This document shows, piece after piece, positions 39,001 to 59,560 of a stretch of 64,000 nt of DNA. Within the stretch, counting starts at the first letter, position 1; every line of letters begins with the position of its first letter. The translations under genes and the position numbers were made by a program. The notes beneath the pieces were generated by a model that had not been told where the DNA came from, searched no databases, and saw nothing but the letters and a program-made list of their open reading frames with translations. The stretch is from Blasia pusilla (lineage: Eukaryota): the NCBI GenBank assembly GCA_050084515.1, contig CM114271.1, positions 7,378,001 through 7,442,000 on the forward strand, written 5' to 3'.

Positions 39001-39834
39001 TATGGCGAGGATTTTTGTGTTATGTGAAGGAGACATCATCGCCTATCTGCAACTGCATGATCAAAGTATGATTAATGGTTCCCAACCAGATTCTAACTTG
39101 AATAGGGAATATCACACATGTCTTCAGATGTCTTATAAAAAATGTGGGCCGTGCCTAGTATCCTCCACCTCATTATCAATGGGAGCATCTACATCATGGA
39201 CCTCATGGTTGGAGTCTCTTGAGGCCTCAACTCCCTTTGTCTTCTCATGACTATGCACACTAGATTTCTGGTTCTTCTCACATTGGACTCCTACTTCACC
39301 TTGTCTATTGGAATAATCACTCTATGCAACAGTTGGCTCCATATCCCTACACAAATATAGCTCTTAAGTTGTGTGAAGGAAAAACATGTTTATCAAATGG
39401 TTCAACCACACAAGAACTAAAAAACACATACACACAACAAGCACAACTATGGACTTCTAGTTTATCTAATCGATGAGATCCTGATCTAATCGCTAAGATC
39501 TTGATCTGATTCATCCCCATCGTTGTCCATGCTCTGCAAAACTTCCACTACATGTACTTGGCTAAAATCTGATTGAGCTATGACAACTTCATCGTCATTT
39601 AGTTCAATGGCACCTAGAGTATTGATATGGGGAAAATGTCTTTCCAAAAAGGAGTCACCTCTAGGCCATGGTATTCACCACTCTCCTCCTTATCCCAATT
39701 CACATGTGTCAAATCTGCAAAGCTACGGCGAGAATCCGCAAAGTACTACTCTCCACGCACCTCTGTCATCCGGATCTCCATAGAAAACCTGTTCTACTTG
39801 TGAAGGAAACACAAAAAGGAGATGAAAAAAAAGT

Positions 39835-42670
39835 TAATTGATGTACTGTAGGTACCAGAGTTGAAGCGAAATTCGATTTTGGTAGTAGTATTATGTGATC
39901 GTGGCCTAGAAGTTCGTTTCAAGAAAATTGGAGCAGTCATTGAGGATGCCAATGGGAAAGTAGTGGGTGAAGATATACGACGTGGAAATATCTATGAATT
40001 GTATGCTTTAACGACAAGTGTAGGTATAGATCTTAGTAGCAGTAAGTTGTTGCATGAAAGATTTGGTCACCTAAGCTTTCCTTTACTAAGTCAGATGCAG
40101 AAATCTGGCATGGTTGTTAATTTACCAACAATTTGTGGAGTGTCGCATACATGTGAAGCTTGTATGATGGGCAAGCAACACCAACAACCATTTCCACAAG
40201 AGTCCAAAAAAAGAGCAAAGGCTCCTCTAGAGCTGATTCATGCTGACCGCTGTGGTAAAATGAGAACAGTGGCATTAGGTGGTTCTTCCTACTTCTTTTT
40301 AGTTGTTGACGATTATAGTAGGAAGATGTGGGTGTATTTCCTTCTTGATAAGGCAAGTGCTTTTGGAAAATTTAAATTATGGCACAAGTTGGTTGAGAAT
40401 GAGACAGGAAAGAAGGTACAAAAGCTTTGCACCGATCAAGGAGGAGAATTCTTATCAACAGAATTCAACAAATATTTGGGGGAGCATGGAATGAAGCGAT
40501 AGTTAACCACGGCACATAAACTACAACAAAATGGAGTTGTTGAGCGTCGAAACCGTACAGTGGTGGAGATGGCAAGATGTATGATGAAAGAAAAAGGTTT
40601 GACAGAAGGATTTTGGGCTGAAGATGTTAATACTGCCGTTTACATTCTGAATAGAAGTGCTACCAAGTCAGTGCAAGGCATGACTCCTCATCAATCATAC
40701 TTAGGTAAAGTACCATCAGTCCAAAATTCTAGGACTTTTGGTAGGGAGTGTTTTGTACATATTCCTAAAGCATCAAGGACCAAGCTGGAGTCCAAGAGCA
40801 GGAAGTGCATCTTTATGGGATACAGTGATGAGTCTAAAGCTTATCGCCTATGGTGTCATAAGGCAAAGAAGATACTTGTGAGTCGTGATATGGTGTTCCA
40901 AGAACAACTTCGTCAAATGACGCATATCAGTGGTCCGTCCACATTATCATCAAACGAAGAGATAACCTACCAGAGCAGACCACCAATATTTACACCAAAT
41001 CATCAAGAAGAAGAATTTGGTGATGATTACAAAGAGCAGCCTGCTCTTCCACTACGGTCGTCATACCCTAAGTGGATAAAGCAGCTCTTGGATAGTAAGG
41101 ATCCACCAGCAACTGATGAAGTTGTTACACATCCAAGGAGATCCAAGAGACTAGAGGAGGAGAATAGAGCTTCCGCACATCTCGTTAACATGGCCTTGAT
41201 GATAGAGGTCTTGAAGGTGGAAGAGCCATCATGCTTGGATGAGGCCCTTGCTCATCTTCAATGGAGAGAGGCCATGCAGATGGAGATGGATGCTATTTAG
41301 AGAAATGAAACTTGGACTTTGGTTGAGAAGCCAAAGGACACGAAGATAATACGCATCAAGTGAGTGTACAAGACCAAGTACAAGTCGGACGGTATATTGG
41401 ATAAATTCAAAGCGAGGTTGGTTGCACAAGGATGCTCACAAATTGAAGGTTTTGACTACTATGAGACTTTTGCTCCTACTGCAAGGATGACAACCATTCG
41501 AATTGTTCTAGCGGTTGTAGGAACAAGACGTTGGCATATATACTAATCTGGATACCAATACGATGTAAAGTCTGCCTTTCTGAACGGGAGTCTCAAGGAA
41601 GAGGTGTATGTATCTCAACCACCAGGTTTTGAGTCACTCGGATTAGAAGAGAAAGTGTGTTTACTTCATTGAGCATTGTATGGGTTGAAGCAAGCTCCAA
41701 GGGTATGGTATCAACGAATAGATACATTCTTCCAAGAGAAGGGTCTCATCAAGAGTTCGTCAGAAGAAAATTTCTTTGTGTTTTGCAAAGATGGGATGTA
41801 TATGTTGATAGTCCTGTATGTGGATGATCTTATCATCACAGGAGACCACAGTAAGAAAATAGAGGAAATGAAGGGAGTGTTGAAATCTGAGTTTGAAATG
41901 TCAGATTTAGGTCATGTGCACTATTTTATAGGGCTGGAGATTTGGCAATAGTTAGATTCTATTTTTCTCTCTCAGCAAAAGTATGCTAGAGAAATCTTAA
42001 AGGCATTCGGGATGCCGAGAGTAGGCAGTGGTCTTGCCAATGGAGGTAGAGTTGAAACTCTCGATGGAGGATGTTTCACCATTGGTAGATGAAAAGTTGT
42101 ACATAAAGCTTGTAGGCAGTTTGATATTTTTGTGTAAGAGTAGACTGGACATTAGTACATAATCCTGTGTTTCATGCTTGTACGAAGCACATAGAGATCC
42201 AATATCATTTTGTTCATGAATTGATTGAGAGAGAGGTTTTGAAGTTAGTCTATTGTCCAACAGAGGATAATCGTGTAGACATCTTCATGAAAGCTTTGAG
42301 CGGAGATCAACTTCACCGACATCTGAAGGGTCTTGGCATAGGTCCAAGACTGTAGTCCATATGAGAGTGGATATTGAGGGGGGGTGTTGGATTCTCAACA
42401 TCCACTTCTCTGAGGACCATTAATCTAATCGGCCCCCTTGTATGAGGAGAAGCCTAGATTGATGGTTCCGACTTAGACATCAAATGAGTCATAGTAATAT
42501 GACATAGGTGGTTTCAGGAGTAGTGTTACTAGGATTATCTAACCCTATATTGCATCATATATTACTAGGTTCCATCGAAGCTCTTTTGTGAGCGCACGGA
42601 CGGACTAGGCCACTTTGTATCTCTAAGTTTTGTAAAGATTTCAGTGATTTCGTCACTTTCTGTTTTCTCA
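39835..42670 (+). mobile_element. Ty1/Copia retrotransposon, 5'-deleted (integrase-RT-RNase H fragment, PPT, 3' LTR ~42385-42670)
   Basis: HERFGH...CEAC..GKQH; VVDDYSRKMWVYFL; TDQGGEF; FKARLVAQG; YGLKQAPR; LYVDDLII; KHIEIQYHFV; PPT GAGGGGGGG then TGTTGG...TCTCA. Contains stops and an internal deletion. Confidence 0.93.
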
Positions 42671-44914
42671 TAGATAGTGACGCTCACCTCTTCACTCATG
42701 AGCCCTCGTAGGCAATATGGAAAAATCTGATGAATGAAGAGATGGTAATCATGAAACTTCATGTTGCCCAACTTTTTCCTAACAACGTGTTTCTTCAATT
42801 GACCGTAGTAGCCAAAAGGCACTTTCATTGCCTCAACCCTTCCAAGAAATGTTGTCAACTCCAAGGGAGATAGGACATACTTATCCATAGGTTTAATAAG
42901 ACCCCTGCTCTTTGTAGGGTGGGATTGTAGCCATAAGTGAGGTCTGATTCTGCATTTTTCCATATCTCGTCTAACTTTCACTGTATCCTTCATCCCCATA
43001 ATTATTTTCACAATGTTTTCAGCTATATTCTTCTCCACATGCATGCCATCGATTGTATGTCTGATAAGGAGGTGCTAGGAAATAACAAAGAAATACTAGT
43101 TAAGAAAAACTTACTAGAAGCATCATAAGGATTCTTCAATCACAGAAATAAAAGCTTTTACATTCAAAACACTGTTGATTTCTGTTGGATACTCTCCAAT
43201 AAGGTAGGTCAAAAAAATTTGTCCTCCTTTTCACACATGTCTTCTTGTAAGGGTCTTGTGGATGATCTTCCTGGCCACCATTTCTGTCGTAGATCAACTT
43301 ATCCTCTACCCACTGTAGAATCTCATCTGTTGAGATAGGTTTGGGAGGTTCTCTAGATTCACTTGCACCATTGAAGTGGATACCACACATTTTATCTCTC
43401 TATTCATGGCTAGGATACAGATATCGACGGTGGCCTCCAAATATAGGCTTTCCACACTTCTTGGAGAAGTCTGAGTTCATTCTAGGTCCACAAACAATGC
43501 ATGCAAGTTTTCCACCATGAGTTTGCCCAGAAACTAGTCCATATGCTAGATAATCATTGATGGTCCAAAGGATAAAGGCTCTAAATGTAAACTTCCACTC
43601 CCCATTCAGTTTTCTGACATCATGAAAGTCTATACCTTGCCATAGTTCTATGAACTCCTCCACAATTGGAGCAAGAAAAGTGTCAATGTTCCTCGCTTTA
43701 ACACTCTCCTTGCCAGGCATGATCAAAACCAATTGAATGAAAAATTTCTTGGTTTGTAGCCAAGGTGGCAAGTTATAATTCACTAGTAAAACGGGCCAAG
43801 TACTACATGAGCTAGCCTTGTCTCAAAAAGGGGTTTACACCCTCTAAAGACAAACCAAATCTACAATTCCTCTTTTCAAGTTGGAAATCTGGATACAATT
43901 CATCCACGTGTTTCCATGCTTTAGAATCTCCAATACACCATCCCTGCTCATATTATTAGGTGCCCAACACATCAACACATCATATTATTAGGTGCCCAAC
44001 ACATCAATTCTGAAAGTGCATTGGACTGAAACATACGTTGTAGTCTTGGGATTATAGGAAAATGTCTCAAGACCTTGGATGGAACCATACTTTTCCCAAA
44101 TTTCTTGAATCTACTTTCTCCACATTTTGGACACACTTCAGCTCCATGTAGATCCCCACGATACAATACACATCCTTGAGGACAAGCATGAATGGTATTG
44201 TATCCCAACCCCAACTTTCCCACTACCTTCTTCGCTGCATGATGACTTTTCGGAACTCAATTACCTTCTAGCAGTATATGTTGCCCCAGAAATGTTGAAA
44301 ATATGCATGATAAAAGCAAGCGTAGATACTTTGGCATCAGGAAAAAATGGCTTGCATGCATCATTTAGCATATCAGGTTCTCCAATTGGGATGTGAGTGG
44401 TCATCTCATGCGGATTGTCCCCTATTTCCCCTCCTCCATGACCAACATTACCCTCATATAGTTGGTCATATTGGGCAAACACCTCGTTCAACATCTGGTT
44501 AACATCCACATCCATGTCTATAGGAGGGGCTGTGTGTCGATTATATGTTGCATCCCTATCTTCAATACAATCATCTTTTCTTCTAACAACTGACTCCATA
44601 ATGTACTTCTGATGAAGTCTACTATCCATTTGGTCTTCAGCTAGCCCCTCCTCATCAGAGGAGTCCCTTTCTTCTATCCCTTTCCACAACCGACACAAAG
44701 GAAATATACCATTCCTTCGTAGGTGTACATCTACCGTATGTAATGTTATAGTTTTCTGCCCCTTGCACTCATTGCAAGGGCATTTTATACGTCTCTTGCC
44801 ATCTGCCTGAGCCCTAGCAAGCTCTCTATGCCATAACTTCAAGTCATGCGCAACCACTCTATTAGGATGACGTAAAGATTTCCTATGTCTAAGGGAGGTG
44901 GTTTTCATGGCCAC
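42671..44914 (-). pseudogene. CACTA/En-Spm TnpD transposase, decayed, truncated by the Copia insertion
   Basis: IKCPCNEC; IHACPQGCVLY..CPKCGESR; LRHFPIIPRLQRMF; YNLPPW; WTINDYLAYG; MHVEKNIAE; MKFHDYH. Confidence 0.92.
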
Positions 44915-45701
44915 GATATTGAGTTATTAAGCCTAAACCAAGGGGAATCAAAAAACAAAGATTTCCAAGGTGGACCTCAATGGTTTGATATATGTAGTAT
45001 ATCTCACCTACTGATATATGAAAAAAATCCCTTGAATCCTATATTTACCCACACTTGCTTTATCTACTGTCCACTAAAGAATTCTTGCAAGGGAATTGAT
45101 AAATACCTTTCTTGGATGGTCTATTTTTCTGCACTCCTTGAAAACTCTGACCGATTCAAATGGTGTCTGTAACGTTGCAAGCCATTTCATCACATTCAAG
45201 ACATATTAGATCCAGATGATCTCAACACCATTGCAATATCCCACTATAAACGAGGGCCTAGGAAAATGACACATCACTTACACCAACGTAAAAAAGTGAG
45301 CCATCACTATACTTTTATCTAAAAAAATCCATGAGAGTCCCGAAGCTTTCTTGGAAACACTCAAGGAAAGAAGAGTATGAACTTGTTAAAAAAAAAACTA
45401 TCATTTGAGTTACTTTCTTGAGAGTCACATTCAAACACTCCTAAAGAAACTTGCTACTTAACAAATCATATCTGAAGTCAAATATGCAAGCAAACCACGA
45501 TCATTTCACATGATCTCTTTAATGAAAAGTTGTTACATTAATCAAAATCCTACTTTATGGCCTTTAACAAGCTTAATCAAACTACCAATATCTATCAGGT
45601 GCTAGAATTCTCTCCCATGTAGTAGCACAACATATTCTGAAACAACAAATACATGTCCTTCCAGAAACCATTTGGTTCCTTGAGCGAGTGCAAACTTGCT
45701 C

Positions 45702-46211
45702 TCATGGACTTTTCCCTTCCCAAAAATTAATGTACTCTAAACGTATTTGGACACTTTTCCCACCAACCTCAATTGCATACTCTAACAAACGCACCAATTT
45801 TGTAACATTTACATCAGTATCTGTCCCAATAGCCATTCCTTGCTTATCATGGCATATATGAACAGTAACCTTACCAACCACCCCGACCATTATCCAGGAA
45901 AGTAAAGAGTATCTATCATCATCGTGGAGAATAACATCAACGAACCTAACATAGAAATGATGCTCTGTCACGTCAAATAATATTCTCTTCCCAACCCTAT
46001 AACCATTGGCATGGTCATTTCCTCTGGATTCATCAATCAACTTCAAAATTCTTACCCGTACAAGGATTGGCAGAGCCAAGATCCGATCAAATATCCCTAA
46101 AGGCCTACTCTTGTGCAATATCTTCTTCTTCAAATCCACCGAAAGACCACGTAGCCTCAACAAAATATATTCTGAATCACAGAGTCTTCGGAAAGGTAAG
46201 TTTCCCTCCAT
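45702..46211 (-). other. Uninterrupted 169-codon ORF of unknown function
   Basis: Open frame with globular-looking composition and an upstream acceptor-like TTCTAACAG near 46326. No recognised motif. Confidence 0.35.
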
Positions 46212-46375
46212 AATCAGAGGCTATTTCTTAGCCTTTCCTAAGAAACTTGAAATAGATAATTGTGCACAGCTTGCTGATGAGAGTTCTTTCAAGCTACATG
46301 CGCACAAATTAAACATCAAAGAGCTCTGTTAGAAAAAACAATGCACTAAACAAGAAGAAAACTAATCCCTTCTCC

Positions 46376-51282
<4,907 letters not shown>

Positions 51283-51534
51283 AGTACTTAATCTCTTGAC
51301 AGACACAACTTAATGAGTACACTCTCTCTCTCTCTCCAAGTATTGGTACTTGAGATCTTCTCGCCATTTCACAAGGCGAATTGGAGGATCTAGTGTAAGG
51401 ATGTAGGGCAATATACAATCAGGGACTCTGATTAATCTTCTCGATTTTTCACTCGTGTCATTGGCCTACTTTCTTACATTGGATCCTCAAAGCCTCGTCT
51501 TGAATTTTAGTCTCCTATTGTTGCGTAGTCTATC

Positions 51535-54520
<2,986 letters not shown>

Positions 54521-54619
54521 TACCTTCCGAGTGCCCAAAGCGCGGAAAAATGAGCATCAACTGCTATATTGCCAGGTGTCATACTTGGGAACGTTGGATT
54601 TTTAGGCTCAATCAAATGA

Positions 54620-55060
54620 TGACATGTGTAATGATATGAATGAATGACAAAGTGACACGTGGTTGAAATGACTAAGTCATACATACCAACCGCGTCATTT
54701 CCTATGACTACATAAGTCATTAATTATGACTAGGGGGTTTGCACTTACGACTATTTTAGTCACCTTAAATGTAGTATAGTCATATTTTATAACTAATTGA
54801 GACATTATATTGATGGTTTGAGTCATTTATCTCAAGTCATTCATGACTGTACGAGTCATATTTCCTAACCATTTGAGTCATTGTGTTTACTATATGAGTT
54901 ATTATCATGACTAGATTAGTCATTTTTATGACCACTACATAATATTTTGGCCGTTTGAGTTATTTGACATACTCTATTAGTCATTCACCCTACTCTATCA
55001 GTTGTGTTTTATTACTAGATCATGTATTGTGTTCATAGTTTGTCATTGCTCCTCCTAGTG
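54620..55060. mobile_element. CACTA right terminus with subterminal repeats
   Basis: AGTCAT/ATGACT array ending in CTCCTCCTAGTG (reverse complement CACTAGGAGGAG). Confidence 0.6.
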
Positions 55061-55495
55061 ATTGTTAAATGAGAGCAGTTACTTTGGTAACTAGGTGGTG
55101 GCCATCTAAGTAAAATTATCCTCTTAACATAAACTAAGATTCTCTCTGATCCAACAAGGAATAATGTGTGAGTACAAGTAGCATATACAATGGTGAGGAT
55201 AGACAAAATCTCAATCTAAAGCTCTAGAAGAGGGACATGAATCAAGCAAGTAATTCTAGGATACATGCCAATTATGATGAATACTGAAAACTATATATAC
55301 ATCACAATCAAGCCATTCTTTAATTGATGAAATCAAAATATAGATGATTTATTGTATGGCTGAATCAAAATGTTTACATCTGAACAAGCTACAAGAAGGA
55401 ACCAAGAGCATATGGAAGCCAAACTACAAACGAATGACTTGATGGAATCATTATGAAAGTTTACACAATTTTGAAAATCACAAAATCCAGAGATC

Positions 55496-55765
55496 CTAAT
55501 GAACTAGCTTCTTCACATTCAACTTTGGCCAAATGATTGAAGTTCCAACTGTAGCTCCAAGTGTGATTTTAGTAGGTTTGTCCATTGTATTTGGCTCCCA
55601 TAGTTGGTAATCCAGTTGAGAAGTATCCTTGAGGTCCACTCGAACTAATCCACAATCTATATCCTTCCCATAGATCTTGTCTTGCCTACTCAAGCCTGAA
55701 ACTACTCCATGACCCAAAATATTTCGGCCGAATTTGGGCTGTGTGAAATGTACTTCATCTCCCAA
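55496..55765 (-). mobile_element. CACTA ORF2 Tnp1/En/Spm-like domain fragment
   Basis: GHGVVSGLSRQDKIYGKDI...TLGATVGTSIIWP. Confidence 0.65.
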
Positions 55766-56522
55766 ACCGAGCTACATACATACCAATTCAAAACAGAAAG
55801 TTAATGGTGAATATAACAACATTATAAAAATTGATAAATTAGTATACTCTCAATCATTCCCTTGGTGAAGATCCATCCATCTATTGGTAAATTCCTTGAA
55901 AAGTTGACAAGCCCCACTTGGTTGGGTACTAGAAATAAGAATAAAAATAGCAACAACTCATCCTTTTTTGTCACATATCTATGAAAACACAGATGAAATA
56001 TCTTTGTAAAAAGTGAGAGCTTGATTATTTTACCCTCTGCTTCTTGCTGTTTAGCACTTTCGGGTCGCACTCTGACTCACTACCCACATTCGCAACCATC
56101 TTGATGGTTGCCTTCATCTTCTTCTTGATCTTCGATGAAGCTTGTATGTCCACTCTTGCTTCATCTATAGAAAATTAAACCTCAAAGAGATTAATACATG
56201 GAACACTATTTTCACCTAAGAAAATTCTCACTTTCACCACTCATAAACACATAAGTTTATTGAATTGGTTGCTGATGTCATACATGCAATTTGCTCACGT
56301 TGTCGACATGTACTTCAACATTCCTGTATCTCAACAACTGCAAATAGAAGAAATAAGACATGGACTAGAAAGAAAATAATAGAGTTGAGATATGCACCCT
56401 GGGATATTGTAGTAGTCACCAATTCACCTTTGTCACTACTGTTTATAAGATGAGTATGATCAATCTTCTCTTTACCTGCACAAGGGCAATAGAGAAAAGC
56501 AATGCAAATTCCAATAAAATTT

Positions 56523-56730
56523 CACTAGAAGAAAAAAGCCCCTTTTTTGACTCTAGATACAATGACTACTCGCTTTAATATGACTTGATTGTGAGTGAAC
56601 TAGTCATGATATGCACTAATAGTCATAAGTAGTCATGTGTATAGTCATATTTTTTCAAGTTCAAAAGTGGTATGTCTCTCTTAAGAAATGACTAGAAACT
56701 GTGATTCATAAAATATAATCACATCAACCT
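56523..56730. mobile_element. CACTA terminus fragment
   Basis: CACTAGAAGAAAA plus TGACT/AGTCA repeats. Confidence 0.7.
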
Positions 56731-56738
56731 TTCTTCCA

Positions 56739-57928
56739 TGTGGCCAGGGATAAGGGCTTCATTATGGACTTGGCGCCAGAAGGTGAATGGTAAGTGACCG
56801 CGGACCCAAGAAGAGGGAATCGGAGTAGGCGTGAGGGTATGTTGGCGCGCTCTTTGAAAGGAGCAAAACCTTTTTCGTGTGAAGAGTTCCAAAGACATGC
56901 GGGCTAGTCTTTGAAAGACCCAAACGCACTCACATTAGTCTGGATTTGGGTCAAGCGGCCTTCAAACCCACCAAGTCCTTAACTCGGCATATGCAGGCTA
57001 GGTTGCGGGCCTTGAAGCCCACTCGCGAGCTTGTTGTGGGCCTTGGAGCATGCCTGCCGGCTTGTTGCCGGCCTGGGAGCTAGCATGCGGGCTAGGGTGC
57101 AGGCCCTAGAGCCCGCATGTGGGTTGATTACAGGCTACAGCGCGGGCTCAGAGCGAGCCTTGGAGCCCGCCTGCAAGCTCGTTAAGGGCCACGGAGCCCG
57201 CATGGAGGCTAGGGTGTGGTTCTTGAAGCCCGCGTCCGGGCTGATTACGGACCACTTGCGGGCCTCCAAGCCCGCAAGCGGGCTATGGCGCGGGCCTTGG
57301 AGCCCGCATGCTCGCAGGCCAGGATATCAAATAAGCTAACTAAGGTTGCTACCTAAAACTTCTTGGTTATGAGGGTCGCAACAGATGGCCCGCACTGCGG
57401 GCTGCTTGCGGGCCTTGGAGCCTACATGTAGGCTGGGGCGCGAGGCCGCGCACGGGCTTCTTGCGGGCCATGCGGATTATAGGTTGTGGGCGGGCCCTAT
57501 GATTTGAGTAAGGTATTAAAAAAATTCTGTCACTATTATGGTTTGGGTGATTGACGGTTTGAGAGGTTGGAATAGGGTTGTTGTAGGAGAATATAAGTTA
57601 GTTAGAAATGAGAATAATTGATGAATTTGGATCCTAGTGGTAGAGAAAGGAATGAAAATATTAAAATAGATTTGAATAGGATGGTTGTGTTGTAAAATAG
57701 GTATGTTGGAAATTTAAACTAGATCAAGAAGTTAGGATAGGTCAAAAAGGAATCTAATACGAGAATAAAAATAGGTTTTTGAAAGAAAATTAATGGAGAT
57801 GGTTTAGTAATCAATTGTTAGTGGGGGTAGATGATTTGGGGAGTAAGAAGGGTTTATTCTCTTCCTTCCATCCGCCCCTATATAAAGTTGCTCATTTTTT
57901 GTATACCCTCATAATTTCATTCCTCCCT

Positions 57929-57968
<40 letters not shown>

Positions 57969-58130
57969 GAAGTTTTTTTCTCCATAGATAGCTGAACTTG
58001 ATAAGTGAGAATGTGTTTTGCCACTAGATAACCTTAATACTAAAGGTCTCTCGGTTATCTACGTCAGCATATTGATCTTTCTTGTTTATAGTGAGTGTTC
58101 CAAGTTTTGTTACTAGAGCATTCACGAACA
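56739..58130 (+). mobile_element. Probable LTR (~1.4 kb) with internal GC-rich GCGGGC/GCCCGC repeat block (~56990-57500)
   Basis: TGT...ACA ends, CCCTATATAAAG at ~57877 followed by a CT-rich leader, and a short possible gag start near 58244. No TSD or partner LTR. Confidence 0.45.
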
Positions 58131-58870
58131 ATATTTGGTGTAATTTGCATATATTTTACTGATTGATATATACTAATATTGACATAGTAAATTATTGCGA
58201 ATTTTCCAAATATTGTTGGGTCGGGTTAGTGAGTGCCTGTAGTCATGACCAAAGCCAGAGAACTCCAACAGATTGTAAAGGAACATTGGGAAGAAGTACA
58301 TATGGAAGGTAGAACATCAAGTAGATGGTAGTGCAAGTATTGTTCCTATTCTATGAAAACCTATCATAGCACGCGGATGGTGGAGCATTTTACACGAGAG
58401 AGACGAAAGAAAAAGGATGGAAATTAGGATATCCATCTTCTTGAACTCTCCTTTCAAAACTTGTGGGTCAATGGTGCTATCCAAGTGCGCCTTCAATTCA
58501 TCTTCCGTGACGAATTGCGAGACCAGCTTCTTGTTCACCTTCGGAGGGATCTTTGATGTCGGTGTATCGAGGGGTTCTTCCCCTCTTCCGTCGTCGTGCT
58601 TATCGTGAGGGCTACGGTCTTCATGAGGTGGCAACTCCATCTTGTCTTTTACCAAAATACAAAAAGAAAGGTGATTTAGAAATGATTCCAATAATAGTGA
58701 TACAATGGCACATGATACATCCCCACATCAATCAAGATTCATCATTTACAAAATTTCATAGTAACACATTCATCTTTCATTTCTCATGGAAAATATCCAA
58801 TCCTCAAACGGGTTTACAATCATACTACTAGTGTTATTGGCCTTAATCTTGAATCTACATTGTCTATACC

Positions 58871-59560
58871 TTATACTTTCGCATTTGCTCTGATATATGC
58901 AATAAGAAACTCTAAGCTTTGGCGATCAGAGGGATTTGGAGCTAATATCCACTTTTGAATCCTTTCCAAATAAGTAAATCTCACGTTCGCTTGGGCATTC
59001 CCGACAGAGAGGTTGTATGTCACATAGTTCAAATTCTTCACAATCATTCCTAGGGCATAGATTTGAATGGCCTTGCTAAAAGGGAGATTTTGAGTCCCTG
59101 CTGTCAACTCCGGTGCTATATGCCCACATGATTTTTTTGTTCATGCTGCCACTATCTATGAGGAGACTCTAAGACTTCATCAGTCCACATGACATTCCTC
59201 CAATCTCCAACGCCAAAGTATGGGCTAGAGTTGGTTCCAAAATGGATGAACATGTTTCTAGCATGAAGGTTGGTATGAAAAACCCCACGCTTGTGAATAG
59301 TCTCCATGGTTCCAAGAAGGGCAACCACAAGCTGGATGACATTTGATGCTATTACGGGACATCTCATCTTTTCCAACTCTCCTAGATTATCCCCATCGTT
59401 CTTCAAGTTAGGGCATGCTCGCAACCAATTTTTGAGGTGTCCACCATTCCAATATAGAAAAATGGCACGCAGTGGATCTTTGATCAACCTTCCCACCATC
59501 CAAAAAACACCGCCATGTAAAATACTCTCGCAAACAACTCCTCTCGCATCATCGATTGTC
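58871..59560 (-). pseudogene. Protein kinase domain pseudogene, intronless fragment
   Basis: YWNGGHL hinge; FHTNLHARN (decayed HxDLHxxN); GVGDW; frameshift then IAPEL; IYALG; PNPSDR. The 5' end is cut by LTR sequence. Confidence 0.75.

Noticed and set aside
57031-57339. Repetitive ALEPAC protein
   Set aside because: Translation of a GC-rich repeat block inside an LTR-like region.
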